DNA of 24,000 nt from Bacteroidales bacterium (lineage in GTDB: Bacteria > Bacteroidota > Bacteroidia > Bacteroidales > B18-G4): positions 2,513 to 26,512 of the forward strand of contig JAUXCL010000001.1 in NCBI GenBank assembly GCA_030618905.1, written 5' to 3'. Below, in pieces: positions 7,154 to 17,500 of this stretch (its first letter is position 1; each line of letters starts with the position of its first letter). A program made the position numbers and the translations under genes. The notes beneath the pieces were generated by a model, which did no database searches, was not told where the DNA came from, and worked only from the letters and a program-made list of their open reading frames with translations.

Positions 7154-9928
7154 ATGCCAGAAAAGAAAACACTGTTCCTGCTCGATGCTATGGCTTTGAT
7201 ATACAGGGCTTATTTCGCTTTAAACAAGAATCCCAGGATCAATTCCAGGGGAATGAATACATCTGCAGTTTTAGGCTTTGCCAATACCTTGTTTGATATA
7301 CTGAAAAATGAAAAACCCAGCCATATAGGTGTTGCTTTCGATACACATGCTCCCACTATAAGAGTGAAAGAATATGTTGAATATAAAGCCAACAGGCAGG
7401 AGATGCCAGAAGATATTGGCTTATCATTACCATACATTATTAAGCTTCTTGAGGCATTTAAGATCCCTGTCCTGTCAATGGATGGTTATGAAGCGGATGA
7501 TGTGATTGGTACACTGGCCAAAAAAGCTGAACAGGAAAACTTCAGGGTTTATATGATGACTCCTGATAAGGACTTTGGCCAGTTGGTTTCGGATAATATC
7601 CTGATGTATAAACCTGCCCGTATGGGCAACAAACCTGAGATCCTGGGGGTAAAGGAGATCTGCCAAAAATACAATATACATCAACCCACTCAGTTGATCG
7701 ACATTCTCGGATTATGGGGCGATGCCTCGGACAATATTCCTGGTGTACCTGGTGTTGGTGAGAAAACAGCCAGGAAATTGATCCACGAATATGGATCCCT
7801 GGAAAAGGTCTTGCTGTCGACAGAGGATTTTAAAGGGAGGTTAAAGGAAAACCTTGAACAGTACGCGGAACAAGCGGTCCTTTCCAAGCAGCTTGCAACC
7901 ATTATACTTGATGTCCCTGTTGATTTTCAGGCAGAGGCATTGACAGTTTCAGAACCGGATCGAAAAGCCCTTAAAGCCTTATTCGATGAACTGGAATTCC
8001 GTGATTTTGCAAAGCGTGTGTTCAGTGAATCCAATATTGGAAAAAAACAAACTGTTGAACAAATGCCTGTCGACCTGTTCTCACAGTTTGATGAGCCCGG
8101 CTCAGCACCCGACAGGCTGACAGTCAAAAATGTTGAACACAGATACTACCTTGTCGATACGGCCGAAAAAAGGAAAGAGCTGATCACAATGCTTACAAAG
8201 CAAGATGCTTTCTGCTTTGACACTGAAAGTACCGGCCTGGACCCTAACCAGGCGGAATTGATCGGTATTGCTTTTTGCCACAAAGTCCATGAGGCCCATT
8301 ATGTTTCACTGCCGGGAAATCGTAATGAAGCCATTGCGGTCCTGAAGGAGTTCAAGGACTTGTTCAGCAATATGAAAATTGAAAAGATTGGTCAAAATCT
8401 CAAATATGATATTTCCCTTCTGAAATGGTATCACATTGAAGTTGAAGGCAAGCTTTTTGATACCATGCTGGCGCATTATCTTATTGAACCTGACCTTAGG
8501 CACAATATGGATTTCCTGGCAGAGACATACCTGAATTACACTCCCATCCCAATAGAAACCCTGATTGGCAAAAAAGGCAGGAACCAGCGAAGCATGAGAT
8601 CTGTTGAGATTAATACACTGGTGGAATATTCTTGTGAAGATGCGGACATCACCCTGCAGTTAAAACAGGCTTTCCAACCCTTGCTCAAGGAAACAAATAC
8701 GATCAAACTTTTCGAAATGATCGAAATCCCGCTTGTCAAAGTGCTTGCCGCAATGGAAGCTGAGGGTGTGAGATTGGATATCAAAGCCTTGAATGATTAT
8801 TCGCTTGAACTAAATGTTGAAATCTCCAGGCTTGTACAGAAGATATATATACATGCAGGGTTTGAATTTAACATTGCATCACCAAAGCAACTTGGAGAGG
8901 TTTTGTTCGACCACATGAAGATTATGGACAAACCAAAGCTAACCAAAACCAAACAATATGCCACAGGTGAAGATGTGTTGACCAGGTTGATCAATAAGCA
9001 TAATGTCATTCAGAATATTCTTGATTATCGCTCATTGACAAAGTTGAAGTCAACTTATGTGGATGTTTTACCGCAGCTGATTAATCCCAATGATGGCAGA
9101 ATTCACACCACATATAACCAGGCTGTGGCAGCTACCGGTCGCCTGAGTTCGAATAATCCCAATCTGCAAAATATTCCGATCCGCACGGAGAAAGGCAGGG
9201 AGATCAGGAAAGCTTTTGTGCCCAGGGAACAAAATTTTATCCTGATGGCAGCGGATTATTCTCAAATTGAATTGCGAATCATTGCTGAGCTGAGCCAGGA
9301 TGAAGCCATGCTGGAAACCTTCACTAATGGACAGGATATTCATACGGCTACAGCTTCGAGAGTATACGGTGTGTCATTGAATGCCGTGACGGGTGACATG
9401 CGCAGAACTGCCAAAATGGTCAATTTTGGGATTGTCTATGGTATTTCAGCCTATGGTTTATCAGAGCGCTTGAATATACCAAGAAGGGAAGCAGCTGATA
9501 TCATCAGGCAATATTTTGAAAAATATCCCGGCGTGAAAGCTTACATGGATAAAACCATACAATTTGCCAGGGAAAACGGGTTTGTCGAAACCATCATGGG
9601 CAGGCGGCGATACCTGAGGGATATTAACTCAGGCAATGCCACGGTGCGCGGTTTTGCAGAGCGCAACGCCATCAATGCCCCGATCCAGGGTTCGTCAGCA
9701 GATATGATTAAAATTGCCATGATCGGAATAGACCAGGTTCTCAAAGGGAATAAGATGAAATCAAAGATGATCCTTCAGGTACATGATGAACTTGTGTTTG
9801 ATGCCCATAATTCTGAATTGGATATGCTTAAAGGATTCGTTGAAGATAAGATGAAACATGCCATCCCAATGAGTGTCCCTATAGAAATTGAAATCAATAC
9901 CGGGAGAAATTGGCTCGCGGCACATTAA
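7154..9928 (+). CDS. polA: DNA polymerase I
   Basis: The 5' nuclease domain shows LFLLDAMALIYRAYFA and GVPGVGEKTA. The 3'-5' exonuclease ExoI motif is FCFDTESTGLD. Polymerase motifs are A (LMAADYSQIELRI), B (RRTAKMVNFGIVYG) and C (LQVHDELVFD). I prefer the start MPEKKTLFLLD at ATG 7154. Confidence 0.95.
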   Translation: MPEKKTLFLLDAMALIYRAYFALNKNPRINSRGMNTSAVLGFANTLFDILKNEKPSHIGVAFDTHAPTIRVKEYVEYKANRQEMPEDIGLSLPYIIKLLEAFKIPVLSMDGYEADDVIGTLAKKAEQENFRVYMMTPDKDFGQLVSDNILMYKPARMGNKPEILGVKEICQKYNIHQPTQLIDILGLWGDASDNIPGVPGVGEKTARKLIHEYGSLEKVLLSTEDFKGRLKENLEQYAEQAVLSKQLATIILDVPVDFQAEALTVSEPDRKALKALFDELEFRDFAKRVFSESNIGKKQTVEQMPVDLFSQFDEPGSAPDRLTVKNVEHRYYLVDTAEKRKELITMLTKQDAFCFDTESTGLDPNQAELIGIAFCHKVHEAHYVSLPGNRNEAIAVLKEFKDLFSNMKIEKIGQNLKYDISLLKWYHIEVEGKLFDTMLAHYLIEPDLRHNMDFLAETYLNYTPIPIETLIGKKGRNQRSMRSVEINTLVEYSCEDADITLQLKQAFQPLLKETNTIKLFEMIEIPLVKVLAAMEAEGVRLDIKALNDYSLELNVEISRLVQKIYIHAGFEFNIASPKQLGEVLFDHMKIMDKPKLTKTKQYATGEDVLTRLINKHNVIQNILDYRSLTKLKSTYVDVLPQLINPNDGRIHTTYNQAVAATGRLSSNNPNLQNIPIRTEKGREIRKAFVPREQNFILMAADYSQIELRIIAELSQDEAMLETFTNGQDIHTATASRVYGVSLNAVTGDMRRTAKMVNFGIVYGISAYGLSERLNIPRREAADIIRQYFEKYPGVKAYMDKTIQFARENGFVETIMGRRRYLRDINSGNATVRGFAERNAINAPIQGSSADMIKIAMIGIDQVLKGNKMKSKMILQVHDELVFDAHNSELDMLKGFVEDKMKHAIPMSVPIEIEINTGRNWLAAH

Positions 9929-9962
9929 GTCCATTCATCCTTGCCAAAAAATTGACATGGTG

Positions 9963-9985
9963 ACAAATTTTTATTAAAAAATTGT
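9963..9985. repeat. 23-bp AT-rich near-perfect palindrome between polA and nrdJ
   Basis: ACAAATTTTTA-T-TAAAAAATTGT has 10 of 11 arm positions complementary around centre 9974. It lies 35 nt after the polA stop and ~200 nt before the nrdJ start. Confidence 0.5.
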
Positions 9986-10183
9986 TGAAAAAAAACTCAT
10001 TGTGTGAATAGCCCCATTGCTTTCAGTAGATTATAAATTTTCAACGTTTTTTTGTTAATAAAATTTTGATAGCATACCTACTTATTGCTGTATCTTCGTG
10101 CTATATTACCTTGTACGATCCTGGTTTTGCAAGCACCTGAAATACACCAACTTATAAATTAAAGACCAAAATATTAGTGGCAC

Positions 10184-12883
10184 ATGGAGAATGACCTTTT
10201 TATAAATGTTGAAAGGGAAAAAGACCTGAAGAAAGAGGAGAACATTTATGAGCAAGTCTTGGAGCAAAGGACAAGGCCTGATATTCATAAACAAGCCATC
10301 AAAGAGACCCCAAAAGAACCTGTTGAGCAAGCGGCTGAAATGAAGAGTGCCAAACCACAACCCATACCTTATGATGAGGTAATGGAAAAGGCAATTGCCT
10401 ATTTTAATGGTGATACTTTAGCAGCAAATGTTTGGTCTAATAAATATGGATTAAAAGATAGCCAGGGTAATTTGTATGAGCGTACGCCGGATGACATGCA
10501 CCGCAGGCTTGCCAGGGAAATTGCAAGGATTGAAAAGAAATACCCAAATCCCCTGAGTGAGGAGAAACTCTTTAACCTGTTTAAACATTTCAAATTCATT
10601 ATTCCGCAGGGCAGTCCAATGGCCGGAATCGGAAATAATTTCCAGGTCAGCTCCCTGTCTAATTGTTTTGTCATTGGATTGGATAAAAATGCCGACTCTT
10701 ATGGTGGCATCCTTCGCATTGATCAGGAGCAGGTACAATTGATGAAACGAAGGGGAGGAGTTGGGCATGACCTTACACATATTCGCCCAACAGGAAGCCC
10801 TGTCAACAACACGGCACTGACCTCTACCGGTATCATCCCTTTCATGGAACGTTACTCCAACTCCACACGTGAAGTTGCCCAGGATGGCAGACGCGGTGCA
10901 TTAATGATGTCTATTTCTGTCAAGCACCCTGACGCAGAACGCTTCATAGATGCCAAGATGAAACATGGCAAAGTAACCAGTGCAAATGTCTCCGTAAAGA
11001 TCGATGATGAGTTTATGAAAAGTGTCGTCAATAACACAGAATACACTCAGCAATTCCCGATTGAAAGCACCGAGCCCGTTGTCACACAAAAGATCAACGC
11101 CAAAAAGCTCTGGAATAAGATTATCCATAATGCCTGGAAATCAGCTGAACCGGGCATATTATTCTGGGATACGATCATACGTGAGTCTATACCGGATTGT
11201 TATGCTGATCTTGGATACCAAACAGTATCGACTAACCCTTGCGGTGAAATTCCCCTATGTCCTTACGACAGCTGTCGTTTGCTTGCCATCAATCTTTATG
11301 GTTACGTTGATAATCCTTTTACTAAGAAGGCCAGTTTCAATTCGGCGTTGTTTACAGAACATGCCCAGTATGCGCAACGCATCATGGATGACATCATTGA
11401 CCTGGAAACAGAAAAGATTGATGCTATCCTGGATAAGATTGGTGAAGATCCGGAAGACCAGGAAACCAAGGCCATCGAAAGGAAGATGTGGGAGAAGATC
11501 AGGAACAAGACCTTAGATGGCAGAAGGACCGGTATTGGTATAACCGCCGAAGGCGACATGCTTGCAGCCCTGGGATGCCGTTACGGTTCGGAAGATGCCA
11601 TCAATTTTTCAGCTGAAGTGCACAAGCTTCTCGCAATTGAGGTATACAGGTCATCTGTCGAAACGGCGAAAGAAAGAGGTGCATTCCCGATTTTTGATGC
11701 CGAAAGAGAAAAAAACAATCCATTTATCCTGCGGATAAAAGAAGCAGCACCCGATGTCTATGAAGAAATGTTGAAGCACGGCAGACGGAATATCGCCATG
11801 CTGACCATTGCACCAACAGGAAGTGTCAGCATTTGCTCTCAGACTACATCTGGTATTGAGCCTGCATTCCTGATTGCTTACAAGCGACGCCGTAAAGTAA
11901 ATCCCAATGATAAAAACGTCAATGTTACTTTCGTTGACGATATTGGAGATGCCTGGGAAGAATACAATGTACTGCATGCTAAATTCGAAACCTGGCTGAA
12001 AGCCAATGGTCATGATGTGGAAGAAGTGAAGAACTTCGATGAAAAGAATTTAAAGAAACTGATCAAAGAATCACCCTATCACAAAGCAACATCCAAGGAT
12101 ATTGATTGGGTCAGTAAGGTACGCATGCAAGGTGCAATACAGAAATGGATCGACCATTCTATCAGCGTTACCGTGAATGTTCCTCATGATATCAGCGAAA
12201 ACCTGGTCAGTAAAATTTACCAGACAGCCTGGGAGAGCGGATGCAAAGGGATGACCATTTATCGCGAGGGATCAAGATCAGGCGTTCTGGTCAGTGCCAA
12301 AAAAGAGAAAAGACCAGAGGACTTTGAATTCAAAGAGCATAATGCACCTCCCCGCCCCCTCAAATTAAAATCCGAGATCGTAAGATTCCAGAACGACCAT
12401 GAGAAATGGGTAGCTGTGATTGGATTGATGAATGACAAACCCTATGAAGTATTCACCGGTAAAGCGGAAGGGTTTTTTGTTCCCAATTGGGTGAACAAGG
12501 GATGGGTGATCAAGACCAAGTCGGATAGTGGCAAGAGCCGCTATGATTTCCAGTTCCTGGATAAAGAAGGCTATAAGATCACCATGGAAGGCTTATCCAG
12601 GCAATTCAATAAGGAGTTCTGGAATTATGCAAAGCTGATCTCCGGTATTCTGCGTCATGGTATGCCACTGCCTTTTGTTGTCGACTTAATCAACAGCCTT
12701 GTGCTGGGAAGCGAGACCATTAACACATGGAAGGTTGGTGTCATCAGAACCCTTAAAAAATATATCCCGGATGGCACCAAAGTTCAAAAAGAAGCTTGTC
12801 CGGAATGCGAAGAATCAGGTGGCCTGGTTTATAAGGAAGGATGCCTCACTTGTACCCGTTGTGGTTATTCCAAATGTGGCTAA
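10184..12883 (+). CDS. nrdJ: Adenosylcobalamin-dependent (class II) ribonucleotide reductase
   Basis: The N-terminal signature is YFNGDTLAANVWSNKYGLKD. The active-site region is STNPCGEIPL, with TIAPTGS also present. The C-terminal Cys4 cluster is CPECEESGGLVYKEGCLTCTRCGYSKCG. There is no ATP-cone and no class I C-terminus. The start is ambiguous: ATG 10184 gives a 52-aa charged extension, and the alternative ATG is at 10340. Confidence 0.88.
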   Translation: MENDLFINVEREKDLKKEENIYEQVLEQRTRPDIHKQAIKETPKEPVEQAAEMKSAKPQPIPYDEVMEKAIAYFNGDTLAANVWSNKYGLKDSQGNLYERTPDDMHRRLAREIARIEKKYPNPLSEEKLFNLFKHFKFIIPQGSPMAGIGNNFQVSSLSNCFVIGLDKNADSYGGILRIDQEQVQLMKRRGGVGHDLTHIRPTGSPVNNTALTSTGIIPFMERYSNSTREVAQDGRRGALMMSISVKHPDAERFIDAKMKHGKVTSANVSVKIDDEFMKSVVNNTEYTQQFPIESTEPVVTQKINAKKLWNKIIHNAWKSAEPGILFWDTIIRESIPDCYADLGYQTVSTNPCGEIPLCPYDSCRLLAINLYGYVDNPFTKKASFNSALFTEHAQYAQRIMDDIIDLETEKIDAILDKIGEDPEDQETKAIERKMWEKIRNKTLDGRRTGIGITAEGDMLAALGCRYGSEDAINFSAEVHKLLAIEVYRSSVETAKERGAFPIFDAEREKNNPFILRIKEAAPDVYEEMLKHGRRNIAMLTIAPTGSVSICSQTTSGIEPAFLIAYKRRRKVNPNDKNVNVTFVDDIGDAWEEYNVLHAKFETWLKANGHDVEEVKNFDEKNLKKLIKESPYHKATSKDIDWVSKVRMQGAIQKWIDHSISVTVNVPHDISENLVSKIYQTAWESGCKGMTIYREGSRSGVLVSAKKEKRPEDFEFKEHNAPPRPLKLKSEIVRFQNDHEKWVAVIGLMNDKPYEVFTGKAEGFFVPNWVNKGWVIKTKSDSGKSRYDFQFLDKEGYKITMEGLSRQFNKEFWNYAKLISGILRHGMPLPFVVDLINSLVLGSETINTWKVGVIRTLKKYIPDGTKVQKEACPECEESGGLVYKEGCLTCTRCGYSKCG

Positions 12884-12904
12884 AATGCTGAAACCCCAAA
12901 TATC

Positions 12905-13582
12905 TTATTGAAGGATAAACTTAACAGGAAGGTTGTACTGGACCCTTACCGGTTTGCCTCTTTGCTTTCCGGCTTTCCATTTAGGCATGTTTTTTACAAC
13001 CCGGACAGCTTCTTCATCACATCCGCCGCCGATTCCTCTGAGCACCCTGACTTTGGATACTGATCCGTTTTTTTCAACGACAAAGGTAACGTAGACAGTT
13101 CCCTGAATGCCACTTTCTTTGGCCATAACGGGATATTTAATGTTCTCTCCAAGGTATTTATACAAAGCCGCTAATCCACCTGGCGGTACGGGCATAGATT
13201 CCACGACCATGAAGATTTGTGCCTCCTCATATTCCTCTTCTTCAACATCAATAGGTATATATTCTTCAATCTCCGTAGTTTCATCAGCCTCAATATCAAT
13301 CTCAAGGTCTTGTTCCACTTCAACATCATCTTCTACTATATTGATCTGAACAACCTTCTTCGGTGGGGGTGGTGGAGGGGGTTTTACTTTTTGCTCAGTG
13401 ATGGGAATGATATCTTCATCTATATCTACTGCTAAACGATCACCAAAACCTTCGACTGTCTTTTCGTAGGATTTCCATTCAAATGCCAACAGTACTGCGG
13501 CCAGGGCAATGATCAGGCCGATTTGCGTGAAAATAACCTTTTTGTTTTCAAGGTCTGCCTTAGGTGTTTTCTTGGTATCCAT
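12905..13582 (-). CDS. tonB: TonB-family energy transducer
   Basis: The N-terminus is KTPKADLENKK followed by a TM anchor (IGLIIALAAVLLAF). A Pro7-KK linker and an acidic stretch follow. The C-terminal TonB domain shows YPVMAKESGIQGTVYVTFVVEKNGSVSKVRVLRGIGGGCDEEAVRVVKNMPKWKAGKQRGKPVRV. Confidence 0.85.
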   Translation of the reverse strand: MDTKKTPKADLENKKVIFTQIGLIIALAAVLLAFEWKSYEKTVEGFGDRLAVDIDEDIIPITEQKVKPPPPPPPKKVVQINIVEDDVEVEQDLEIDIEADETTEIEEYIPIDVEEEEYEEAQIFMVVESMPVPPGGLAALYKYLGENIKYPVMAKESGIQGTVYVTFVVEKNGSVSKVRVLRGIGGGCDEEAVRVVKNMPKWKAGKQRGKPVRVQYNLPVKFILQ

Positions 13583-13645
13583 GATGTTATTATTTTTTCC
13601 CCTTTGCAGTCTAACGATGTTGTTATGAAGCTGCTAAGGTATCAA

Positions 13646-14053
13646 TTAATTGTTAAAGAATCCAATATTTTTATTTAATTTTCTGCCAAGTACATAGTAC
13701 GCAATCCATCCCAGTATACAGCCTGCAATATTTGCAATCAAATCATAAATGTTGGCATTTCTTCCAATGAACACATAATATTGCATGAGCTCTGTAAAAG
13801 CACCAAAAATTATGCCAAACAACAAGGCATAGAGGACATAATAAGAGCGAAGACGAGGGAATTGATATTGCTTATGAAAGCCCCTTAAAAGCAAGAATTG
13901 CAGTATTCCGAACAGGATCAGGTGAATGATCTTATCAGGTCCCAGCCACGCCCAGAAATCACTTACTTTGGGAAAATAATTACCAGGAAACCCCATCAGC
14001 ACAAGAATGATGATCAACCACAGTATTACGGGCCAGTTGTACTTGAAAAACAT
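13646..14053 (-). CDS. VanZ-family small membrane protein
   Basis: 135 aa with about four TM helices. The DKIIHLILFG and FTELMQY-type motifs and the size fit VanZ-like proteins. It starts 8 nt after the gcvH stop. Confidence 0.65.
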   Translation of the reverse strand: MFFKYNWPVILWLIIILVLMGFPGNYFPKVSDFWAWLGPDKIIHLILFGILQFLLLRGFHKQYQFPRLRSYYVLYALLFGIIFGAFTELMQYYVFIGRNANIYDLIANIAGCILGWIAYYVLGRKLNKNIGFFNN

Positions 14054-14061
14054 GTGAAAGC

Positions 14062-14442
14062 TTAAGCTTCGATGATTTCTTTATAGCTGTCGGCATCAAG
14101 AAGGTCTTCGATCTGGCCGGGATCGCTGATCTTAACTATTACGATCCAGCCTTCCCCATAGGGGTCCTTATTTACAATTTCAGGATTTGACTCAAGGACT
14201 TCATTAAATTCAATGACTTCGCCGGAAAGAGGCATGAACAAGTCTGATACAGTTTTAACAGCTTCAATGGTACCAAAAGGTTCTTCAATTTCAAGGGTTT
14301 CTCCAACGGTTTCCACTTCAATAAATACAATGTCTCCCAATTCTTTCTGGGCAAATTCTGTGATCCCAATGGTTGCTGTGTTACCCTCAATCTTCACCCA
14401 TTCGTGTTCTTTGGTGTACTTTAAGCTATCCGGTATATTCAT
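14062..14442 (-). CDS. gcvH: Glycine cleavage system H protein
   Basis: 126 aa. Motifs are [36 protein letters not shown] and the lipoyl-lysine motif [17 protein letters not shown]. Confidence 0.95.
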   Translation of the reverse strand: MNIPDSLKYTKEHEWVKIEGNTATIGITEFAQKELGDIVFIEVETVGETLEIEEPFGTIEAVKTVSDLFMPLSGEVIEFNEVLESNPEIVNKDPYGEGWIVIVKISDPGQIEDLLDADSYKEIIEA

Positions 14443-14467
14443 GATGGTTTGATTATTTATTTGATCT

Positions 14468-14475
14468 CAAAATTA
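14468..14475 (-). promoter_or_regulatory. Candidate -7 promoter box for gcvH
   Basis: The minus strand reads TAATTTTG (TAnnTTTG), 26 nt upstream of the gcvH ATG (14442). Confidence 0.35.
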
Positions 14476-14539
14476 TACTTTTTTTCAACAATTTATCATT
14501 AAGAAAAAAGAAATTAAAGGGCCTGATCAATATTCCAAT

Positions 14540-17500
14540 TTATTGTGCCAGAGAGAATCTTAAACTGATGCCTCCATTTGTAGTTGATGTTCGATATTGA
14601 CTTGAGACAAAGGGGCTATTGATGATCTTATCAAAGAAGAAACGGAACATTAACTTATCACTTAAAGCATAATCAGCTGAGGTGTTAATAGAAATAACCC
14701 TTTGTCCTGCCGAAACCTGGCTCAGGTTCTCATCAATCCTGCGTAGCACAGTCTTATTTTCTCGTACGGAAATGTCTAGTTTGAGGTTCAGGTCACTCTG
14801 CATTCGTTTTTTTCTGCCGCCTCCACCAAGCGCTTTAATGCTAAATGACAAATCCTTGATGCGATAGCCAATACCAACAACGATCTCATTAGTTCTGATG
14901 TCAGTTACCTGGTTATTGGCATAACTCATTGTCAGGTTCCTGGATTTCTTCCATTCAAACCTGGTAGAGAGGCTGTTCTGGAAGGTCATGTCGATAGAAA
15001 ATAAGGGAGCAAATTGCTCAGCAATGGTAATTTGCCCCATATCATACCTGGGCACAAAGACATTAGAGAAATCCATAACTCTTGAGGCATTGCCATCAAT
15101 CTCCTGGTAATTGGGACTGGAGACAAACCGGGTTATGGCATAAACTGATCTGTAACCATGGCCCAGAGTGATCTTTTGAAATACGTTCTTGACACCTTTG
15201 ATATTGGTCAAACCATTATAGGTAATGCGCCAGTTGGGTAATGGGAAAGATGGGAATATGGCTGAGTTAATCTGATCAGGGTTCTTGCCCTGGTAAGCCG
15301 CCCGGAATGAGTACATTAACACTTCTTGCTGTGTTGGTCCATAGCCATACGCATAGTACGCATTTGTGATGGAATCATAAACCAATGGTTGATTACTGCT
15401 GTTTGGGTTTTGTTCTCCAAGATATGCTGATACTTCCTGCCTGTAAGCCAGTAGGTTGTCAAATGCTTCAGAAGAATTGTTATCGCCTGCTTTTTCAAAA
15501 GCAGTACCTATAGAAATGTATGAAATACTGAAATTACCACCCGCCTGTGGTGAGAAGATCTGGAATTCTCCGAGTGAGTCTGCCCTGAAAAACTCTTGTA
15601 AATTATTGGCATAGGAGCGATCACCTGAAAATTCAATCTTGAAATCTGGAAATGGCTCAAAGGTGAGCTTATAGTTAAGCAAATCCGTGTGTTTTCGCAT
15701 GAAAGCCTGGTTAAACACCGTGTCAGTTGTCAACCAGCCATTATTGATGGCATCGGGTCGGATGTCCTTCTGAGAGCCGAAGACGAAACCAAGTCCCGGA
15801 GCATTATAGTTAAAGTTTGTCCCCAGAAAATCAGGCTGGGGCATAAACCCGGGCAAATAGGTTCCGTTGGTTTCAGTGTAGTTAAGTGAGGCCTTTTTGA
15901 CACCCAGCAGGATGCGTAAAAATCCCTCTCCCACAATTTTTAAGTAGTTTTTCTTGGGTTTGACATCGGTGGTATCCTGTTCAGCTTGTTGATCTGCTCC
16001 CCTTTGCCGGTTCGGGGCCCCGCCACGTTGTCCTCCACCCCGGCTCTTACGGGTGAGTTGTTTCAGGTAAGGGCTTTTATTATAAAGGTTGTCGAAATTG
16101 AGCTTGTTATTGAACTGGATACTGTTCGAGTTTTCAATCTGGTTACCCTGTGTATTCTGGATGGATAATGGGGATGCCCTCCAGCTGTAATTGGCCTGGT
16201 AAGTAAAATTGGATCCAATCCAGTCGAAGATCGGTATTTTATTGATTGGGATTTTATAATTTACATTGAATGTTTGCGTATACAAATCTTTGATACCCCC
16301 CTGCCAGAACTGTTTGGAGATATCGATGGTGTCATTTGCCCCCTGATCAAAGAATTCACTGTTGGGATCTTTGCTGCCCGGTGCTTCATTGATAAATGCT
16401 TTGGTCTGGGCATTGAAATCCACGGAAAGACCCTTTGAAAAGTCATATCGCAGGTTAAAGTTCCTGTTCCAATCCCATTTTCTGACAAATGTAGGTGTGA
16501 TTCTAATGAGACCAAGGCTCTTGTTCCTGAGTTTGGTTTCATTGTAATTCTTGACCATATCCGTGGTAAATGAAAAGGACTTGGGCAGGTAGTAAAAATT
16601 GAAATCTTTGATGAGTTTTAGTGATGACGACTTTGAAATAAAACCAATCCTTTCAAAAGGCCGTACATTCTTAGGTGCAGTGCTGAAGTTATATCCAAGC
16701 CCTCCCCGATGCTCCTTAGCTACATCATACTCTATATCAATATTGCGTGCATATAGGGTTGAATATGCATAGGTGACATTGAAGTTCTCAATGTCATAAA
16801 CCCGCGGTTTCTTACTCGCCCCAACCCGGTCCTTTCTTACATTGATGAAGTTGATGCTGGTATGCTCAGTAAATTCCTGTGATGCCTGTAAAAGCGAATC
16901 CTGTAACGATTTTCGGGTGTAGGAGTTCATGTCATCCTTCATGAGGATATCCGGGTCCATGGGATTGTATTCGGGATTGCTGACGGTTTGTGAATAGTCG
17001 AAATGCAAGGGAACCCGAACACCTGACTTCTCAGGGAAGAATTCTCCAAGTTCCAGGTCGCTGGAGATACCCATCTGGGCAATGGATTCCCTTTGTGTTT
17101 GATTAACCTTTTGTTCCAGGGACCCAAAGTTTGGTGTACTGTAAGCACCAGAGAGTACAATGCGACCAAAATCGGCGAGATCAACCTTGACATTTGCCGT
17201 TGCTGCCCAACCACTCTTGTCATTGAAGTCAGTCAATCGCAGTTCATTAACCCAGATCTCTGCATTGATGCCTTCCAATTCTGTTTCTCCTGGTTTCCTG
17301 GGATTCCTTACCCCAATCAAAATAGCCATTACATCACTTATGGCAGGTTTACCAAGGACAGTGACTTTATTATTTCCATCATACTCGATATAAGGAACAT
17401 TCTGGTATATGTCTGAGCCCGGGATCCGCATCTGAATATTACGACGATGTTTTACATCAACGAGTGCCTGCAGGTCAATGTCAAACCTGTTGCCATAGGG

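Noticed and set aside
10178-10183. TGGCAC hexamer immediately before the nrdJ ATG
   Set aside because: It abuts the start codon, leaving no room for a -12 element or leader, and no TTGC follows at the right spacing. It is a coincidental match, not a sigma-54 promoter.
9929-10183. Possible cobalamin riboswitch in the long nrdJ leader
   Set aside because: I could not find a B12-box-like core or the expected GC-rich paired regions by eye, and the region is very AT-rich. Only an Infernal/Rfam scan could settle it.
11022-11516. 164-aa alternative-frame ORF inside nrdJ
   Set aside because: It is a same-strand overlapping frame within a strongly supported conserved CDS, and its Ser/Arg/Leu-rich composition is typical of off-frame translation.
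13223-13381. G-rich tract (CGGTGGGGGTGGTGGAGGGGG, 13361-13381) and a repetitive acidic-coding stretch, considered as a G-quadruplex or DNA repeat
   Set aside because: It is fully explained as the antisense of the TonB Pro7 linker (CCC CCT CCA CCA CCC CCA CCG) and the following Glu/Asp-rich spacer. Both are usual in TonB proteins.
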